From the NCBI GenBank assembly GCA_031269995.1, contig JAISYI010000013.1, positions 179-64,178 on the forward strand: 64,000 nucleotides of DNA, given 5' to 3'. A program made the position numbers and the translations under genes. Below are positions 1-11,200 of the stretch, in pieces. Within the stretch, counting starts at the first letter, position 1; each line of letters opens with the position of its first letter. The DNA comes from Holosporaceae bacterium (GTDB taxonomy: Bacteria; Pseudomonadota; Alphaproteobacteria; UBA3830). The notes beneath the pieces are model-generated. The model was not told the origin of the DNA. It made no database searches and was given only the letters and a program-made list of their open reading frames with translations.

Positions 1-208
1 CATCTCACTCAGCCACTTCAAAACGGGCACTACGTTTTCTCCGATTGCCCAAAACGCGGAGAGAAAATGCGATTTGGAGAGAGAATTGACGTAATGAGAT
101 GATCTTTATGGTCACCAATTCAATAATACAAAACCGCCAGCACCTTCTGAAACAAGCGTATTCTGGGAAACATTCCGCATACGACAACACAATATTGCCA
201 TCAATGCG

Positions 209-282
209 TGGCTGGGGGACGTGGATTCGAACCACGACTGCCCGGTCCAGAGCCGAGAGTTCTACCGTTAAACTATCCCCCA
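209..282 (-). tRNA. tRNA-Gln (anticodon CUG)
   Basis: The reverse complement folds as a cloverleaf. Acceptor stem UGGGGGA/UCCCCCA has U1-A72 and G73, typical of bacterial tRNA-Gln. Anticodon stem CUCGG/CCGGG carries loop CU-CUG-GA. T-arm is CGUGG-UUCGAAU-CCACG and CCA is encoded. ORF 5..283 overlapping it is spurious. Confidence 0.9.
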
Positions 283-438
283 TACAACAAAGACGGTTAC
301 CTGCTCCGCCATAAATTATGCAAATCAGCCTTCATTAACTGTGCGACTCATAACGGGCGAGTTTGAAATATAAACTGTCCTAGGCTCTTATTGCAATAAA
401 TAATTATTGAAAACTGTCTTTAAAGATTTTGCGCCCAA

Positions 439-2943
439 TCAAATTCCCTTAGACCTGGTATATGTAGCACTCATTACATCTTTAACCTTACCTGCTAGTT
501 CTTTCAGATTGAATGGTTTTGCGAGAAAATACACGTTTTGCTCATTCCTCAGGGACTCACTGAAGCTATCCTCTATATACCCGGATATAAAAATGACCTT
601 CAGGTTTGAATTATACTCTTTTATATGCTTCATAAGGGTCGGGCCGTCCATTTTAGGCATTATGACATCGGTTATAACGATATCGATGGATTTTCCGCCT
701 TTTTTAATGCACTCCAGAGCTGCCTCCCCATTGGAGGTCTCGATTACATTGTATCCTTTTTCACGGAGAGCACGTGAACTGAACATCCTCACAGCATCTT
801 CATCTTCAACCAGCAAAATCGTTCCGACTCCAGTCAGATCCATAACCTTGCTGTCGGAGGATTTTTCCTTTCTCTCCTTGGTCGCATATTCTTCTGCGGA
901 AACTACTGGAAAGTATAGACTAAACCTGGTTCCACTGCCAATCTCGCTATCCACAGAAACAAAGCCTCCGCTCTGATTGACGATTCCATAGACCGTCGAC
1001 AATCCGAGTCCGGTTCCATGTCCTTTTTCCTTGGATGAGAAAAATGGATCAAATATACGGTTCAAATTCTGCTCTTCTATGCCGCATCCAGTGTCGCTCA
1101 CTTCTATTAATATGTAGTCCCCAGAAGGCATGGTCTCGCCACGCAAAAATTTCGGTTCTTTGGATGAGTAGGACATCGTCCGAATCGTAAGCGTTCCACC
1201 ATCTTTCATAGCGTCCCGAGCATTTACTGCAAGGTTTATGATCACTTGCTCGAACTGCACCTGATCCACCTTTATAAAAGCGCTATCCCGCTCATGAATC
1301 ACCTTTAGTTCAATCTTAGCTCCGAGCAATCTCTTGAGTAACGCTGATAGTTCATTGATCATATCGACAATGCGTGATATCTGCGGCTCCATGGTCTGCT
1401 GCCTGGAAAATGCCAATAGCTGTCTCACCAGATTTGCGGCACGATTAGCATTTTGCTTTATCTGGATTACATCGTTAAATGCCTGATCTGATGGGGTGAA
1501 TTTTTCCAACAGTAGATCACAATAGCCAATCATAGCAGTGAGCAAGTTGTTAAAATCGTGAGCAATTCCTCCTGCCAGTTGTCCCACGGCTTGCATTTTC
1601 TGGGATTGCACAAATTGGTGCTGCAGTTTTTTTCGCTCAGTAATATCAATGAAATACATAATCAAACTATCGAGAGACTGTGTGCGTTTTGCAATATCAA
1701 TCTTAGTTATATAGACCATGACCGTCCGTTTTTCCTGAGTCCTAAAACGGAGCTCAAACGGAGCGACAGATTTGTGCACGACGGAAAGCAGCTGGTACAG
1801 TTTCTCCCGCACCGCCTCGCGATCTTCTTCATAAATATGATCCAAGAGCGATGGATTCGGGCCTTCATCATTGGAAAAACCAGCAAGAGTTTGGAAGGTG
1901 TGATTATAGGCGCGGATGACCTCTGCACCATCCGTTATTACGATACCGACGGGGGCGTCTTCGAAGATATGCTCAAAATATAATTTCGTTTTTCCCAATG
2001 CCTGAATAATGTCGCTTCCTTGTTGATGATCCTGCGTAACAAGGAAAACTCTGTTTCCATCCCTAGTTAGAGGAAGGAAACGCACAATGACTTCGCAGGA
2101 GTTTCCTTCCATTTTGAGACTGATTCTTGCTGGCAAAGCACCGGTAAGTTTTCCGCTATGCGATGGCAATTCTTCACTCTTTTCTTTGAGAATATATCTA
2201 GAGAAGACGTTACCCAAAATATCGTCGACTTTCTTTCCAAGCCAATTTGCAAATGTGATGTTGCAGAAAATGATTTCGTTTTCTGAGTTAAGACAGAAAT
2301 ACCCGACTGTCGAACCATTGATAATTTCTAGTAGGAATCGACTATTAGTTTCCAAAGATTCAATTTTTACACTAGACGGAGTTAGGTCGATGATTGTCCA
2401 GCCGGAATATCCCTGGTGACCAGGAATGGGAGAAACAGCTATTCTCCAGATGGCAGGATTATCCGTATGTAATTTTATGGGAATATCAATATGCGATTGC
2501 TTTACGTTCTCCGCAGCGATTTGAAGATTCCGTATGGCTTCCACCACCTTTGGATATTTTCCAAAACAAAATATGAAATCTTCTATGGTCCTTATCTTTA
2601 GTCCAGGAAATAGATTTTGAGCGGTGCGATTAACGAAAATGCATTTGCCATTTTTCGAGAACACAAAAAATGCGAAAAGAGATGCATCAAAACCGCTGGT
2701 GGCCACGTTTTTCTGGTAGGTGATGAGGTGATTATGCTCATGAATCTTTTTTATTTCTTTGGAAAATGAAAAACAAATAGCGCCAGTAATCATAACGGTA
2801 ATTACTGAACCATAGTTTCCATCAGCTGCCCCTATAACCACCGAAATTAATGCAAAAAATAGAAATGCACACATTAATATAATGTGCTTCAACGGAATGC
2901 GTCTTTTTGACAAGAAATTCTCTAGATCAATGAAAAAATCCAT
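439..2943 (-). CDS. cckA: Hybrid sensor histidine kinase/response regulator, CckA-like (N-terminal TM segments, PAS repeats, HisKA, HATPase, C-terminal receiver)
   Basis: H-box AVGQLAGGIAHDFNNLLTAMIGYCDLLL. ATPase N/G boxes (NLAVNARDAM, DTGCGI, GTGLGLS). C-terminal REC domain (ILLVEDEDAVR...DIVITDVIMPKMDG). This architecture in an alphaproteobacterial context matches CckA; orthology itself is inferred. Confidence 0.65.
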   Translation of the reverse strand: MDFFIDLENFLSKRRIPLKHIILMCAFLFFALISVVIGAADGNYGSVITVMITGAICFSFSKEIKKIHEHNHLITYQKNVATSGFDASLFAFFVFSKNGKCIFVNRTAQNLFPGLKIRTIEDFIFCFGKYPKVVEAIRNLQIAAENVKQSHIDIPIKLHTDNPAIWRIAVSPIPGHQGYSGWTIIDLTPSSVKIESLETNSRFLLEIINGSTVGYFCLNSENEIIFCNITFANWLGKKVDDILGNVFSRYILKEKSEELPSHSGKLTGALPARISLKMEGNSCEVIVRFLPLTRDGNRVFLVTQDHQQGSDIIQALGKTKLYFEHIFEDAPVGIVITDGAEVIRAYNHTFQTLAGFSNDEGPNPSLLDHIYEEDREAVREKLYQLLSVVHKSVAPFELRFRTQEKRTVMVYITKIDIAKRTQSLDSLIMYFIDITERKKLQHQFVQSQKMQAVGQLAGGIAHDFNNLLTAMIGYCDLLLEKFTPSDQAFNDVIQIKQNANRAANLVRQLLAFSRQQTMEPQISRIVDMINELSALLKRLLGAKIELKVIHERDSAFIKVDQVQFEQVIINLAVNARDAMKDGGTLTIRTMSYSSKEPKFLRGETMPSGDYILIEVSDTGCGIEEQNLNRIFDPFFSSKEKGHGTGLGLSTVYGIVNQSGGFVSVDSEIGSGTRFSLYFPVVSAEEYATKERKEKSSDSKVMDLTGVGTILLVEDEDAVRMFSSRALREKGYNVIETSNGEAALECIKKGGKSIDIVITDVIMPKMDGPTLMKHIKEYNSNLKVIFISGYIEDSFSESLRNEQNVYFLAKPFNLKELAGKVKDVMSATYTRSKGI

Positions 2944-2964
2944 ACTCTATTTCGCAAATTCCCT

Positions 2965-3999
2965 CTAAGGCAAGCCAATACCAGAGAAACGGTTGATGAA
3001 ATGATTGGGATAAATTCCCTCAGAAAGCTTTGATATTTTAGGGGCGACTTCTTTGAATAATTTGCGGCACTTTTCCTTGATAGATAGAGAACTATCCATT
3101 CTTTGCAGAAATTCACCGGCAATACCGGTTGAAACAACCAGGGCTGAGTCCATACCGACAGAGGCTGCTCCTGCAATATCAGTCCATGGAGTATCTCCAA
3201 CCATTATCATCGGACCATCCGAATCGGCAATCTGTTTTGCATATTCATATATTCCTGGATACGGTTTTCCAAAGTAAACAACATTTCCTCCCAACCTTTC
3301 GTAATAGGCACCAAGAGCTCCCTGGGTTATGATCGGGCAGAATTTACGATGAAAATTATCGAGTGCCATGTGTGCAAAGACATCTGGGTTAGCGACCAGG
3401 AGCGTTTTTTTCAGCTGCAAACAATGCATAAGCAGAAATGAAAATTCCGCCAGTCCGCTACGCCCCTGATCATCCCTCAGCTCATTCCAATCGGAGTCTA
3501 GCACGTCCTCCATATTTACTTTAACGCCATTCCTGTCGCAGAGATTATCTACGCGAACGGCTCCGTAGGAAGCTCTTGGGATTCCTACATACAAGAAATC
3601 GGCGTTATCTACATCTCCCTTTTGCAGATGTGTATTTTTGAAGATATTGGCATTGCCCATAAACATGCATTTGACGGTATTAGATGTTTTCCCCATCATT
3701 TGCGAAAATTTTTCCGGATTATTCTTTATTGTATAATGTAGAAACTCCCCAGAAGTTATGAACTCGTCATAGTGGATACCTTTCCCCATTCCCCTCTGGA
3801 AGTATCCAGCTTTTGCTTCACTTGATACCTGCGTTGCGTTTGATAGGATAATAATTTTCTTTCCGGCTTGCTTTAGTGCCTTCAGCGTAGATAATGCCTT
3901 ACTAAACAAACGAATACCATCGAATAATACACCATAAATGTCTATAAAAAACGTAGAATATCTATCGGCGATAGATAGTATGTCGCTTTCTATTTTCAA
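2965..3999 (-). CDS. HAD-superfamily hydrolase (subfamily IIA-like)
   Basis: N-terminal HAD motif I FFIDIYGVLFDG, ILSNAT motif II, and a C-terminal MVGDTPWTDI motif. Confidence 0.6.
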   Translation of the reverse strand: MKIESDILSIADRYSTFFIDIYGVLFDGIRLFSKALSTLKALKQAGKKIIILSNATQVSSEAKAGYFQRGMGKGIHYDEFITSGEFLHYTIKNNPEKFSQMMGKTSNTVKCMFMGNANIFKNTHLQKGDVDNADFLYVGIPRASYGAVRVDNLCDRNGVKVNMEDVLDSDWNELRDDQGRSGLAEFSFLLMHCLQLKKTLLVANPDVFAHMALDNFHRKFCPIITQGALGAYYERLGGNVVYFGKPYPGIYEYAKQIADSDGPMIMVGDTPWTDIAGAASVGMDSALVVSTGIAGEFLQRMDSSLSIKEKCRKLFKEVAPKISKLSEGIYPNHFINRFSGIGLP

Positions 4000-4013
4000 T
4001 TTCCAGCCTCCAT

Positions 4014-5708
4014 CTATCTCGCTAACTTTTTATACTTTATTTTCCTGGGGGCCACCGCTGCTATTCCACCTTTGTTTATTTTATAGGCTTCGTAGTCCGT
4101 AAAATTCCCCTGAAACCATTCGACGTGGCTATCGCCTTCAAAAGCTAATATGTGCGTTGAGATTCTATCTAAAAACCAACGGTCGTGGCTAATAACCACA
4201 GCGCATCCCGCAAAATCCAACAGCGCGTCCTCCAAACTTCTCAGCGTGTCGACATCCAGGTCGTTCGTAGGCTCGTCCAATAAAATAACGTTGGCTCCGG
4301 ATTTCAGAATCTTCGACAGATGTACTCTGTTACGTTCGCCTCCGGATAGCTGGTGGATATACTTCTGCTGATCCATTCCCTTAAATCCAAAATTCGAGAC
4401 ATAAGCTCGGCTTGGGATTTTTCTTTTGCCGAGTTCTAGCTCATCCAGTGAATCCGATATCTCCTCCCAAACGGTCTTATTGTCGTTAAGAACGTCCCTA
4501 CTTTGATCCACATAGGCCAGCCTGACGGTATCACCAATCTGTAAAGATCCCGAGTCAATTGTCTCATTTCCGACAATCATCTTGAACAAAGTAGATTTTC
4601 CAGCACCGTTTGGACCGATCACACCGACGATGCTTCCAGGCGGAACATCAAAGGATAAGTTCTCCATCAGAGTTCGATCGCCAAAGGCTTTTAATATGGA
4701 ATCGGCTCTTATCACAATATCTCCGAGGCGTTGCCCCGGCGGAATATACAGAACGGAGGAATTATACGATTTCGTAGATTCCTGCTCTAACATCTGACTG
4801 TAGGCGCTGAGACGCGCCTTACTCTTGGCTTGGCGCGCCTTCGGAGATTGCCTTACCCACTCCAACTCTCTATCGAGGAATCTTTTCCGCTCTAGTTCCC
4901 GCTTATCCTGCTGGTCCATCCTTCTCTTGTGCTCCTCCAGCCAGGCAGAGTAATTTCCCTCGAAAGGATAAGCATTTCCATGGTCTAGCTCAAGGATCCA
5001 TCCAACCACATTATCCAAAAAATATCTGTCATGGGTGACCAAGACAACTGATCCCTTATACTCCTGTAAATGCTTTTCTAGCCAGGCTATGGACTCGGCG
5101 TCTAGATGATTGGTGGGCTCATCCAGAAGTAGCAGATCCGGCTTTTGCATTAATAGCCTGCAGAGAGCAACCCTCCTTTTTTCTCCTCCGGACAGATTCA
5201 CAACTGGCGCATTTGGATTAGGACAACGTAGAGCATCCATAGCAATTTCGACGGTGCGATTTAGATCCCATAGTCCTTGTATTTCAATCTTTTCCTGGAG
5301 CTTAGCTTGCTCTGCGATAAGATTGTTCATCTCGTCTTCCGTTATTTCCTCTGCGAATTTTGCAGACATAGCCTCAAATTTCTCCAGCAGTGCCATTGAT
5401 TTCCGCAATGGAGAGACAACATTCTCGTAGACCGTTGCTCCGTCGTCCAACACCGGCTCTTGCGGAAGATACCCGACAGTCGCCATATTCGCCAACCAAG
5501 CCTCACCGTTGAAATTCTGGTCCAATCCTGCCATTATTTTCATCAGAGTTGATTTTCCAGCGCCGTTTCGACCAATAATTCCTATCTTTGCATCCGGATA
5601 GAACGACAGCCACGCATCCTTAAGAACTTGCTTTCCGCCCGGATAGGTCTTTGACAACCCCTTCATCACATAAATATACTGACGAGATACCATTTCACTC
5701 CTATTCAA
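4014..5708 (-). CDS. ettA: ABC-F ATPase, energy-dependent translational throttle EttA
   Basis: Two ABC cassettes (GRNGAGKST and GPNGAGKST Walker A, LSGGE signatures, no TM domain). Length about 560 aa and the N-terminus resembles EttA/YjjK. The start may be the internal MVSRQYIY at 5693. Confidence 0.8.
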   Translation of the reverse strand: MNRSEMVSRQYIYVMKGLSKTYPGGKQVLKDAWLSFYPDAKIGIIGRNGAGKSTLMKIMAGLDQNFNGEAWLANMATVGYLPQEPVLDDGATVYENVVSPLRKSMALLEKFEAMSAKFAEEITEDEMNNLIAEQAKLQEKIEIQGLWDLNRTVEIAMDALRCPNPNAPVVNLSGGEKRRVALCRLLMQKPDLLLLDEPTNHLDAESIAWLEKHLQEYKGSVVLVTHDRYFLDNVVGWILELDHGNAYPFEGNYSAWLEEHKRRMDQQDKRELERKRFLDRELEWVRQSPKARQAKSKARLSAYSQMLEQESTKSYNSSVLYIPPGQRLGDIVIRADSILKAFGDRTLMENLSFDVPPGSIVGVIGPNGAGKSTLFKMIVGNETIDSGSLQIGDTVRLAYVDQSRDVLNDNKTVWEEISDSLDELELGKRKIPSRAYVSNFGFKGMDQQKYIHQLSGGERNRVHLSKILKSGANVILLDEPTNDLDVDTLRSLEDALLDFAGCAVVISHDRWFLDRISTHILAFEGDSHVEWFQGNFTDYEAYKINKGGIAAVAPRKIKYKKLAR

Positions 5709-6720
5709 TTTTCATCAGCTTCGCCGATCTAAGTCCACGAATGTTCCTACATCCCACGCACATCATTGCTGTCTTCAGCTCTAAAATCAGCGATTCTACG
5801 AAATTTTCGCAATCCGAACGAGAAATCAGTATGTTATGCAAAAAATCCGACGCATTTCCGCAAATATTCGCACCAAGGGCGATGGATTTTGCAATATCAA
5901 CGCCGTTTCTCACCCCGCCACTGGCGATTATTTTGATTTTTCGTCTCATTTCGGCAATAGAGACAATACAGTCGACCGTCGAATTTCCCCAGGGCAGAAA
6001 AGTTTCGACTGCCTTTTTGACGACAACATCACTAGAGCCCCGATTTTCCAAGCTTGAGCAGGATGTCGAGCCCATCCCTGCCACATCCACTCCATAGACG
6101 CCAACTTCCTGCAGCTTCTTAGCAGTAGCAGCAGAAATTCCATATCCTACTTCTTTCACTATAACTGGACATCTCAAAGAGGAGCAAACTCTTTCTATTT
6201 TCTTCAACAAACCTGAAAAATTAGTATTTCCTTTCATTTGAAAAATCTCCTGTAGCGGATTGAGATGCAAAAGAAGTGCATCAGCATCGATCATGTCAAC
6301 TATACGCCGGCACTCATTGACAGAGTAACCATAGTTAAGCTGAATCGCTCCCAGATTTGCTAACAGCAGAATATTTGGTGCATAGCTTCGAACTGCGAAG
6401 GATCCCTCTGGAAGTCGATCTTCGATGGCCATTCTCCAGTTTCCTACAGCCATACCCAAACCAAAATCACTGGCAATCCCAGCAAGGTTTCTATTTATTC
6501 TTTCGCTTGCACTTCCTTCAGTAATTGATGAAATTATTAGCGGCATTTTTAATTTACGATTCAGAAATTCAACCGAAGTGTCTATCTCTGCAAAATCGAT
6601 TTCCGGAAGAGCATTGTGTTCAAAACGATATTTAGAAAATCCAGAATCGATGGATAACCCGTATCCGGCATTCGCAAACAACGACAAATGATCCTTCTTT
6701 CTTTGTTGCGTCTCGTCCAT
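5701..6720 (-). CDS. fni: Type 2 (FMN-dependent) isopentenyl-diphosphate delta-isomerase
   Basis: N-terminal QRKKDHL motif, TIM-barrel flavoenzyme pattern, and C-terminal ASGGVRNGVDIAKSIALGA, all typical of IDI-2. Confidence 0.75.
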   Translation of the reverse strand: MDETQQRKKDHLSLFANAGYGLSIDSGFSKYRFEHNALPEIDFAEIDTSVEFLNRKLKMPLIISSITEGSASERINRNLAGIASDFGLGMAVGNWRMAIEDRLPEGSFAVRSYAPNILLLANLGAIQLNYGYSVNECRRIVDMIDADALLLHLNPLQEIFQMKGNTNFSGLLKKIERVCSSLRCPVIVKEVGYGISAATAKKLQEVGVYGVDVAGMGSTSCSSLENRGSSDVVVKKAVETFLPWGNSTVDCIVSIAEMRRKIKIIASGGVRNGVDIAKSIALGANICGNASDFLHNILISRSDCENFVESLILELKTAMMCVGCRNIRGLRSAKLMKIE

Positions 6721-6729
6721 CTAAAATTC

Positions 6730-7227
6730 TTATGTCCTTCTTGCCAACTCCGCATCAAACATTATTACCCCGAGATCTGTTCCCTGCATCTTGCGCAGTC
6801 GATCTAACATATTCGATGCCCTCATCTCTTCCTCCGCTTGCTGCTCCACAAACCAAGAAAGAAAACATTGTGTTTGATGATCTTTTTCAGATACTGCAAT
6901 CTCATACATATCGTCGACTAGCATGCTAATACGCTGCTCATGGCGCAACATTTCTTCAAAAATATGCAGAGGAGCGCGCCAGTCCTGCTTTGGCGCACCT
7001 AAAGGCAACAGTCTCACTTTTGCATTGCGACTCAGCATATGTTCAAAAATCTTCACTGCACGATTGCACTCCTCCTTGGCCTGCAATACCATCCAGTGAG
7101 CACACCCGTTTAGCCCCATATCTCTCAGAACACCAGACATAGCCATGTACAGATAGGCAGATCCGAATTCTTCAGCTATTTGTTTGTTAAGGACTTCATA
7201 TGTCCTCTTACCCAGAGCTACCGCCAA
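6730..7227 (-). CDS. Ferritin-like iron storage protein
   Basis: Length about 165 aa. Ferritin di-iron pattern (LNKQIAEEFGSAYLYMAMS..., QAKEECNRAVKIFEH, EEMLRHEQ). The ORF track implies a TTG start. Confidence 0.7.
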   Translation of the reverse strand: MAVALGKRTYEVLNKQIAEEFGSAYLYMAMSGVLRDMGLNGCAHWMVLQAKEECNRAVKIFEHMLSRNAKVRLLPLGAPKQDWRAPLHIFEEMLRHEQRISMLVDDMYEIAVSEKDHQTQCFLSWFVEQQAEEEMRASNMLDRLRKMQGTDLGVIMFDAELARRT

Positions 7228-7323
7228 TGACTACCCCCACTACATAAAACCACCATAGCATGATAATCTCAGCGAGAAACTAAAACAATACGACTAATCG
7301 TTCTAACAAATCACTTTGACAGA

Positions 7324-7542
7324 TTATTTCGATCTAAAGGTAATACGACCTTTGGTAAAATCATAAGTCGTCATCTCCACGTTCACCTTATCTCCGACCA
7401 GAACCCGTATTCTATTCTTTTTCATTCTACCAGAGGTATGAGCAAGAATCATATGACCATTATCCAGCTTTACTCGGAACATGGCGTTTGGCAATACCTC
7501 CGTAACCTCGCCGGAAAACTCTATTAAATCCTCTTTCGCCAT
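7324..7542 (-). CDS. infA: Translation initiation factor IF-1
   Basis: [70 protein letters not shown] is canonical IF-1. The start was trimmed to the internal ATG, residue 33 of the 104-aa ORF. Confidence 0.93.
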   Translation of the reverse strand: MAKEDLIEFSGEVTEVLPNAMFRVKLDNGHMILAHTSGRMKKNRIRVLVGDKVNVEMTTYDFTKGRITFRSK

Positions 7543-7638
7543 AAAAACCCCATAAAACGTGTCTGAAGGATATATTTTTTTCGCATTTATTACAATGAAA
7601 ACCTCTCCATAGCAGCAAACACAACAGTGATAGAACAA

Positions 7639-8220
7639 CTATATGAACAGCTTTACAAGCAGGAATCCGACAATAACACTCCCTAGCACTAGAAACAGAG
7701 TTGTCGCCTTATGTTTCTCGATAAAATCCAAAAACTGCTCTCCGAACGCTTTGCAAATCAACGACAGTAACAAAAACCTAATACTCCTGGTGATAGCTGA
7801 GGCTGTAGTAAAGGTCATCAGGTCTATTCCGGCGAATCCGCTGGCTATCGTTACTATCTTATAGGGAATGGGCGTTAATCCCTTGGCACAGATAATCCAA
7901 AAAGCCCACTTCTTCAGAGTCACTACGATTTCATCAAATTTTCCCGTCTGCCCATAGAATGCAAGTACTTTGGAGCCTATAAGTTCGAAAAAAGCATACC
8001 CTATGTAGTAGCCGAGAAATCCGCCGAGTACCGAGGCAATTGTGCAAATAACTGCATAGAATAATGCTCGATTTTTGTTTTTTGCTACAACAATCGCCAG
8101 AACAGGATCCGGAGGAATCGGGAAAAACGAACTCTCAATAAAGGAAACCAGCATCAACATCCAGATAGCATTACGGCTTTTCGCCTGTAGCAGCATCCAA
8201 TTATAAAGCTTATCTAGCAT
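7639..8220 (-). CDS. DedA/YqaA-family inner membrane protein
   Basis: Polytopic 193-aa protein with the FIESSFFPIPPD motif typical of the DedA/SNARE-associated family. Confidence 0.65.
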   Translation of the reverse strand: MLDKLYNWMLLQAKSRNAIWMLMLVSFIESSFFPIPPDPVLAIVVAKNKNRALFYAVICTIASVLGGFLGYYIGYAFFELIGSKVLAFYGQTGKFDEIVVTLKKWAFWIICAKGLTPIPYKIVTIASGFAGIDLMTFTTASAITRSIRFLLLSLICKAFGEQFLDFIEKHKATTLFLVLGSVIVGFLLVKLFI

Positions 8221-8226
8221 TTTCCT

Positions 8227-11200
8227 TTAGGACTTCTCGATCACGTTTTTAATGCCGACAACACTGCGGAGGCTTAGTATATCATAGGGAGTTAATAAAT
8301 ATGTGTCAGGCAACAAAATTTTTTCCGATAAAAGCAACTCGATGCAATAACCTCCATTTTTTCCAAAATTGTCCACAAGATTTTTCACGGCGGATAGCTG
8401 CTTGCCGTCGTTAATTTTTATCTGAACGGTTTTATTTCGAGAAGATGCGGCCACTGAAGCCTGCTCTGTGAACCTAGCCCGTTGCGCCTGTATCGATTCC
8501 TTCGCTGCGTAGAATGCTGTTTGATTAGGATCAAATTTTTGCATTCTCTCTATCGTTATGCGAACCTGTTCCTCGTTCCTATGGCAAGCGATGTCCAGTA
8601 CGACAATGTTCCCCGCCTGAAGAATATCCCGACAGCTAGCCAAAGTTTCAGAGAACATAGAAGCTTCTGCCATCCCCGAAGCATCGGATATTTGCAGTTG
8701 GCAAAATTTGCTTTGATTCCTGGTTTTTTTGAAGGTAAACCCGTTAATGATCACTACTATTTTCGACTTCGACTGCTCCTTCGCCTCAGTCAGGGTAGGA
8801 AAACGACATCGCTTCAGCACATCTTCGTATTGTTGCACAGGATGTGAGGATATGTAGAATCCTATGGCGCTGAATTCATGCTGCAATCGCTCCGCTTCAT
8901 TCCATTCGCCAACATCTGGCAAACGTGGATAGAATTTCTCGAACAAAACACCTTGATCCAGAGACGGTTTGATGGTCATAATGATATCCAGTGATTCCCA
9001 AAGCTGTTTTCTACTGGAATGTAGCTTGTCGAACACACCGGATCTTATGAAATTTTCTACAAATCGACGATTGAGCGTTTTTGTTGGCTCTATTCTTTCA
9101 ATGAAATCAAAAACCGACCTATATGGACCATTTTTCCGGCGCTCCTCCACAATTCCTTTTACGACTCCCTCCCCACTGCCTTTGATAGCCGCCAGGCTGT
9201 AGATGATGGCGTTTGAGGAATAATCTATAAGGAAATCACATTCTGACATGTTGATGTCCGGCGGAAGAATTTGAATGCCGTTCTTCTTTGCGTCCTGGTG
9301 ATATATGCACAGCTTGTCCGTGTTGTTCATATCGAGAGTCATGGTAGCGGCAAAAAATTCCACCTTAAAATTAGCCTTCAGAAAGGCTGTTTGATAGGTG
9401 AGTAGTCCATATGGAGTTGAGTGTGACTTATTAAAACCATACCCGGCGAATTTACTCATTTGCTCGAACAAACGCCCTGCAACTTCTAATGGCACTCCAC
9501 GCTTCGTAGCTCCGTCAATAAAGCGCCTTTTCTGAGCCTGCATCTCATTCCTGTTCTTCTTTCCCATGGCGTGGCGCAGAATGTCTGCCTGCCCTAGGGT
9601 ATAGCCACCAATAGATTGAGCAATCTGCATCACCTGCTCCTGGTAAACCATCACGCCATAGGTCTCTGCTAAAATAGGCTTGAGCTTTTCATGCAGGTAC
9701 GTAATTGGCTCCACACCGTGCTTACAGGCAATGTACTTAGGGATGTCATCCATTGGTCCAGGACGATAAAGTGCGACCAGAGCGATGAGATCCTCCACCC
9801 TATCCGGCTGAAGCTTTTGTAGAACATCGCGCATCCCTCCGCTTTCTATTTGGAATACTCCGACGCAGTTTGCTTTTTTCAGAAGATCAAAGGTTTTTTT
9901 ATCTTCTAGAGATATTTCGTGTGCTTCTAAATTAATCCCACGTTTTTTCACCAAATCCAAAGTTTTTTGTATGACCGTGAGAGTTTTGAGTCCAAGAAAA
10001 TCGAATTTTATTAGGCTCGCGCTTTCGATGTATTTCATAGAGAACTGAGTCACAGGCATGGTAGATTTTGCATCTTTGTAGAGGGGAACCACGTCCTGCA
10101 AATCCTGATCGGAAATAACAACGCCAGCTGCGTGAACACCAGGATGACGATAAAGCCCCTCCAATCTGAGAGCAATCTCCACAAGTTTTTTCACCTGCGG
10201 ATCAGATTCTATCAAATCGCGTAGAGCCTGTTCTGAATCAATTGTTTCTTGTAGAGTCACCGGATTTGTTGGGTTAAACGGTATCATTTTGGAAATTTGG
10301 TCCACAAAACCGTAGGGCATAGCTAGGATCCGTCCTACGTCTCTTATCACGGCTTTGGCTTGTAATTTCCCGAAGGTTATGATCTGCGCGACAGACTGAT
10401 ATCCATATTTCCGTTGGACATACGTGATAACATCATCACGTCTTTCCTGGCAAAAATCTATATCGAAATCCGGCATAGATACTCGATCTGGATTCAAAAA
10501 CCTTTCGAAAAACAATTTGAACCTGATGGGATCCACATCCGTGATTCTAACAGACCATGCGGTTATCGAGCCAGCGCCAGAGCCTCTGCCGGGACCAACT
10601 GGAATGTTCTGTGACCTTGCCCATCCCACGTAATCCGCAACTATTAAAAAATACCCACTAAATCCCATTTTTTTTATCATATCCAGCTCGTACTCAAGCC
10701 TTTCGAAGTACTCGCCCTTTATTTCCTCGTAGTTCTCATTGTCTTTGAATTTCTCTAATCTTGTCATTAGACCTTTAGTAGCAAGGTCTCGCAGCTCGTT
10801 GTCCTGGGACTTCTCGCCTGACAAACAAAACAGCGGAAGCCGCGGCTTCTGGCACTCCAACATAAACGAGCATCTATAGGCGATGTGCGTCGTATTTTCG
10901 ACCGCTTCTGGTAGGTCGTTGAATATGGCGACCATCTCCTCGGAGGATTTGAAGTAGAATTCCGGCGATGATGTTTCTCTTTTAGAATCATATACCGTAC
11001 GCCCCTGATTGATGCATATAAGAACGTCATGTGCTTCAAAATCAGACGATCTCGGATAGCAAACGTTATTTGTGGCCAGCAGTGGCAAATTAAGATCATA
11101 GGCTAGGTCAATTGCGAGGTTTTCGATGCGATTTTCCCAGGAGTTGTGATGACGCGACAGTTCTACATATAGCCTGCTCTCAAAATGATTGTTTAAAAAC

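Noticed and set aside
5-314. ORFs 5..283 (-) and 99..314 (+) at the window start
   Set aside because: Both overlap the well-folded tRNA-Gln (209-282). They have no recognisable protein features. Treated as spurious.
407-976. 189-aa plus-strand ORF
   Set aside because: It lies entirely antisense to the receiver and ATPase part of the CckA-like kinase, whose motifs are unambiguous. The sequence is low-complexity and Ser/Leu-rich, typical of antisense frames.
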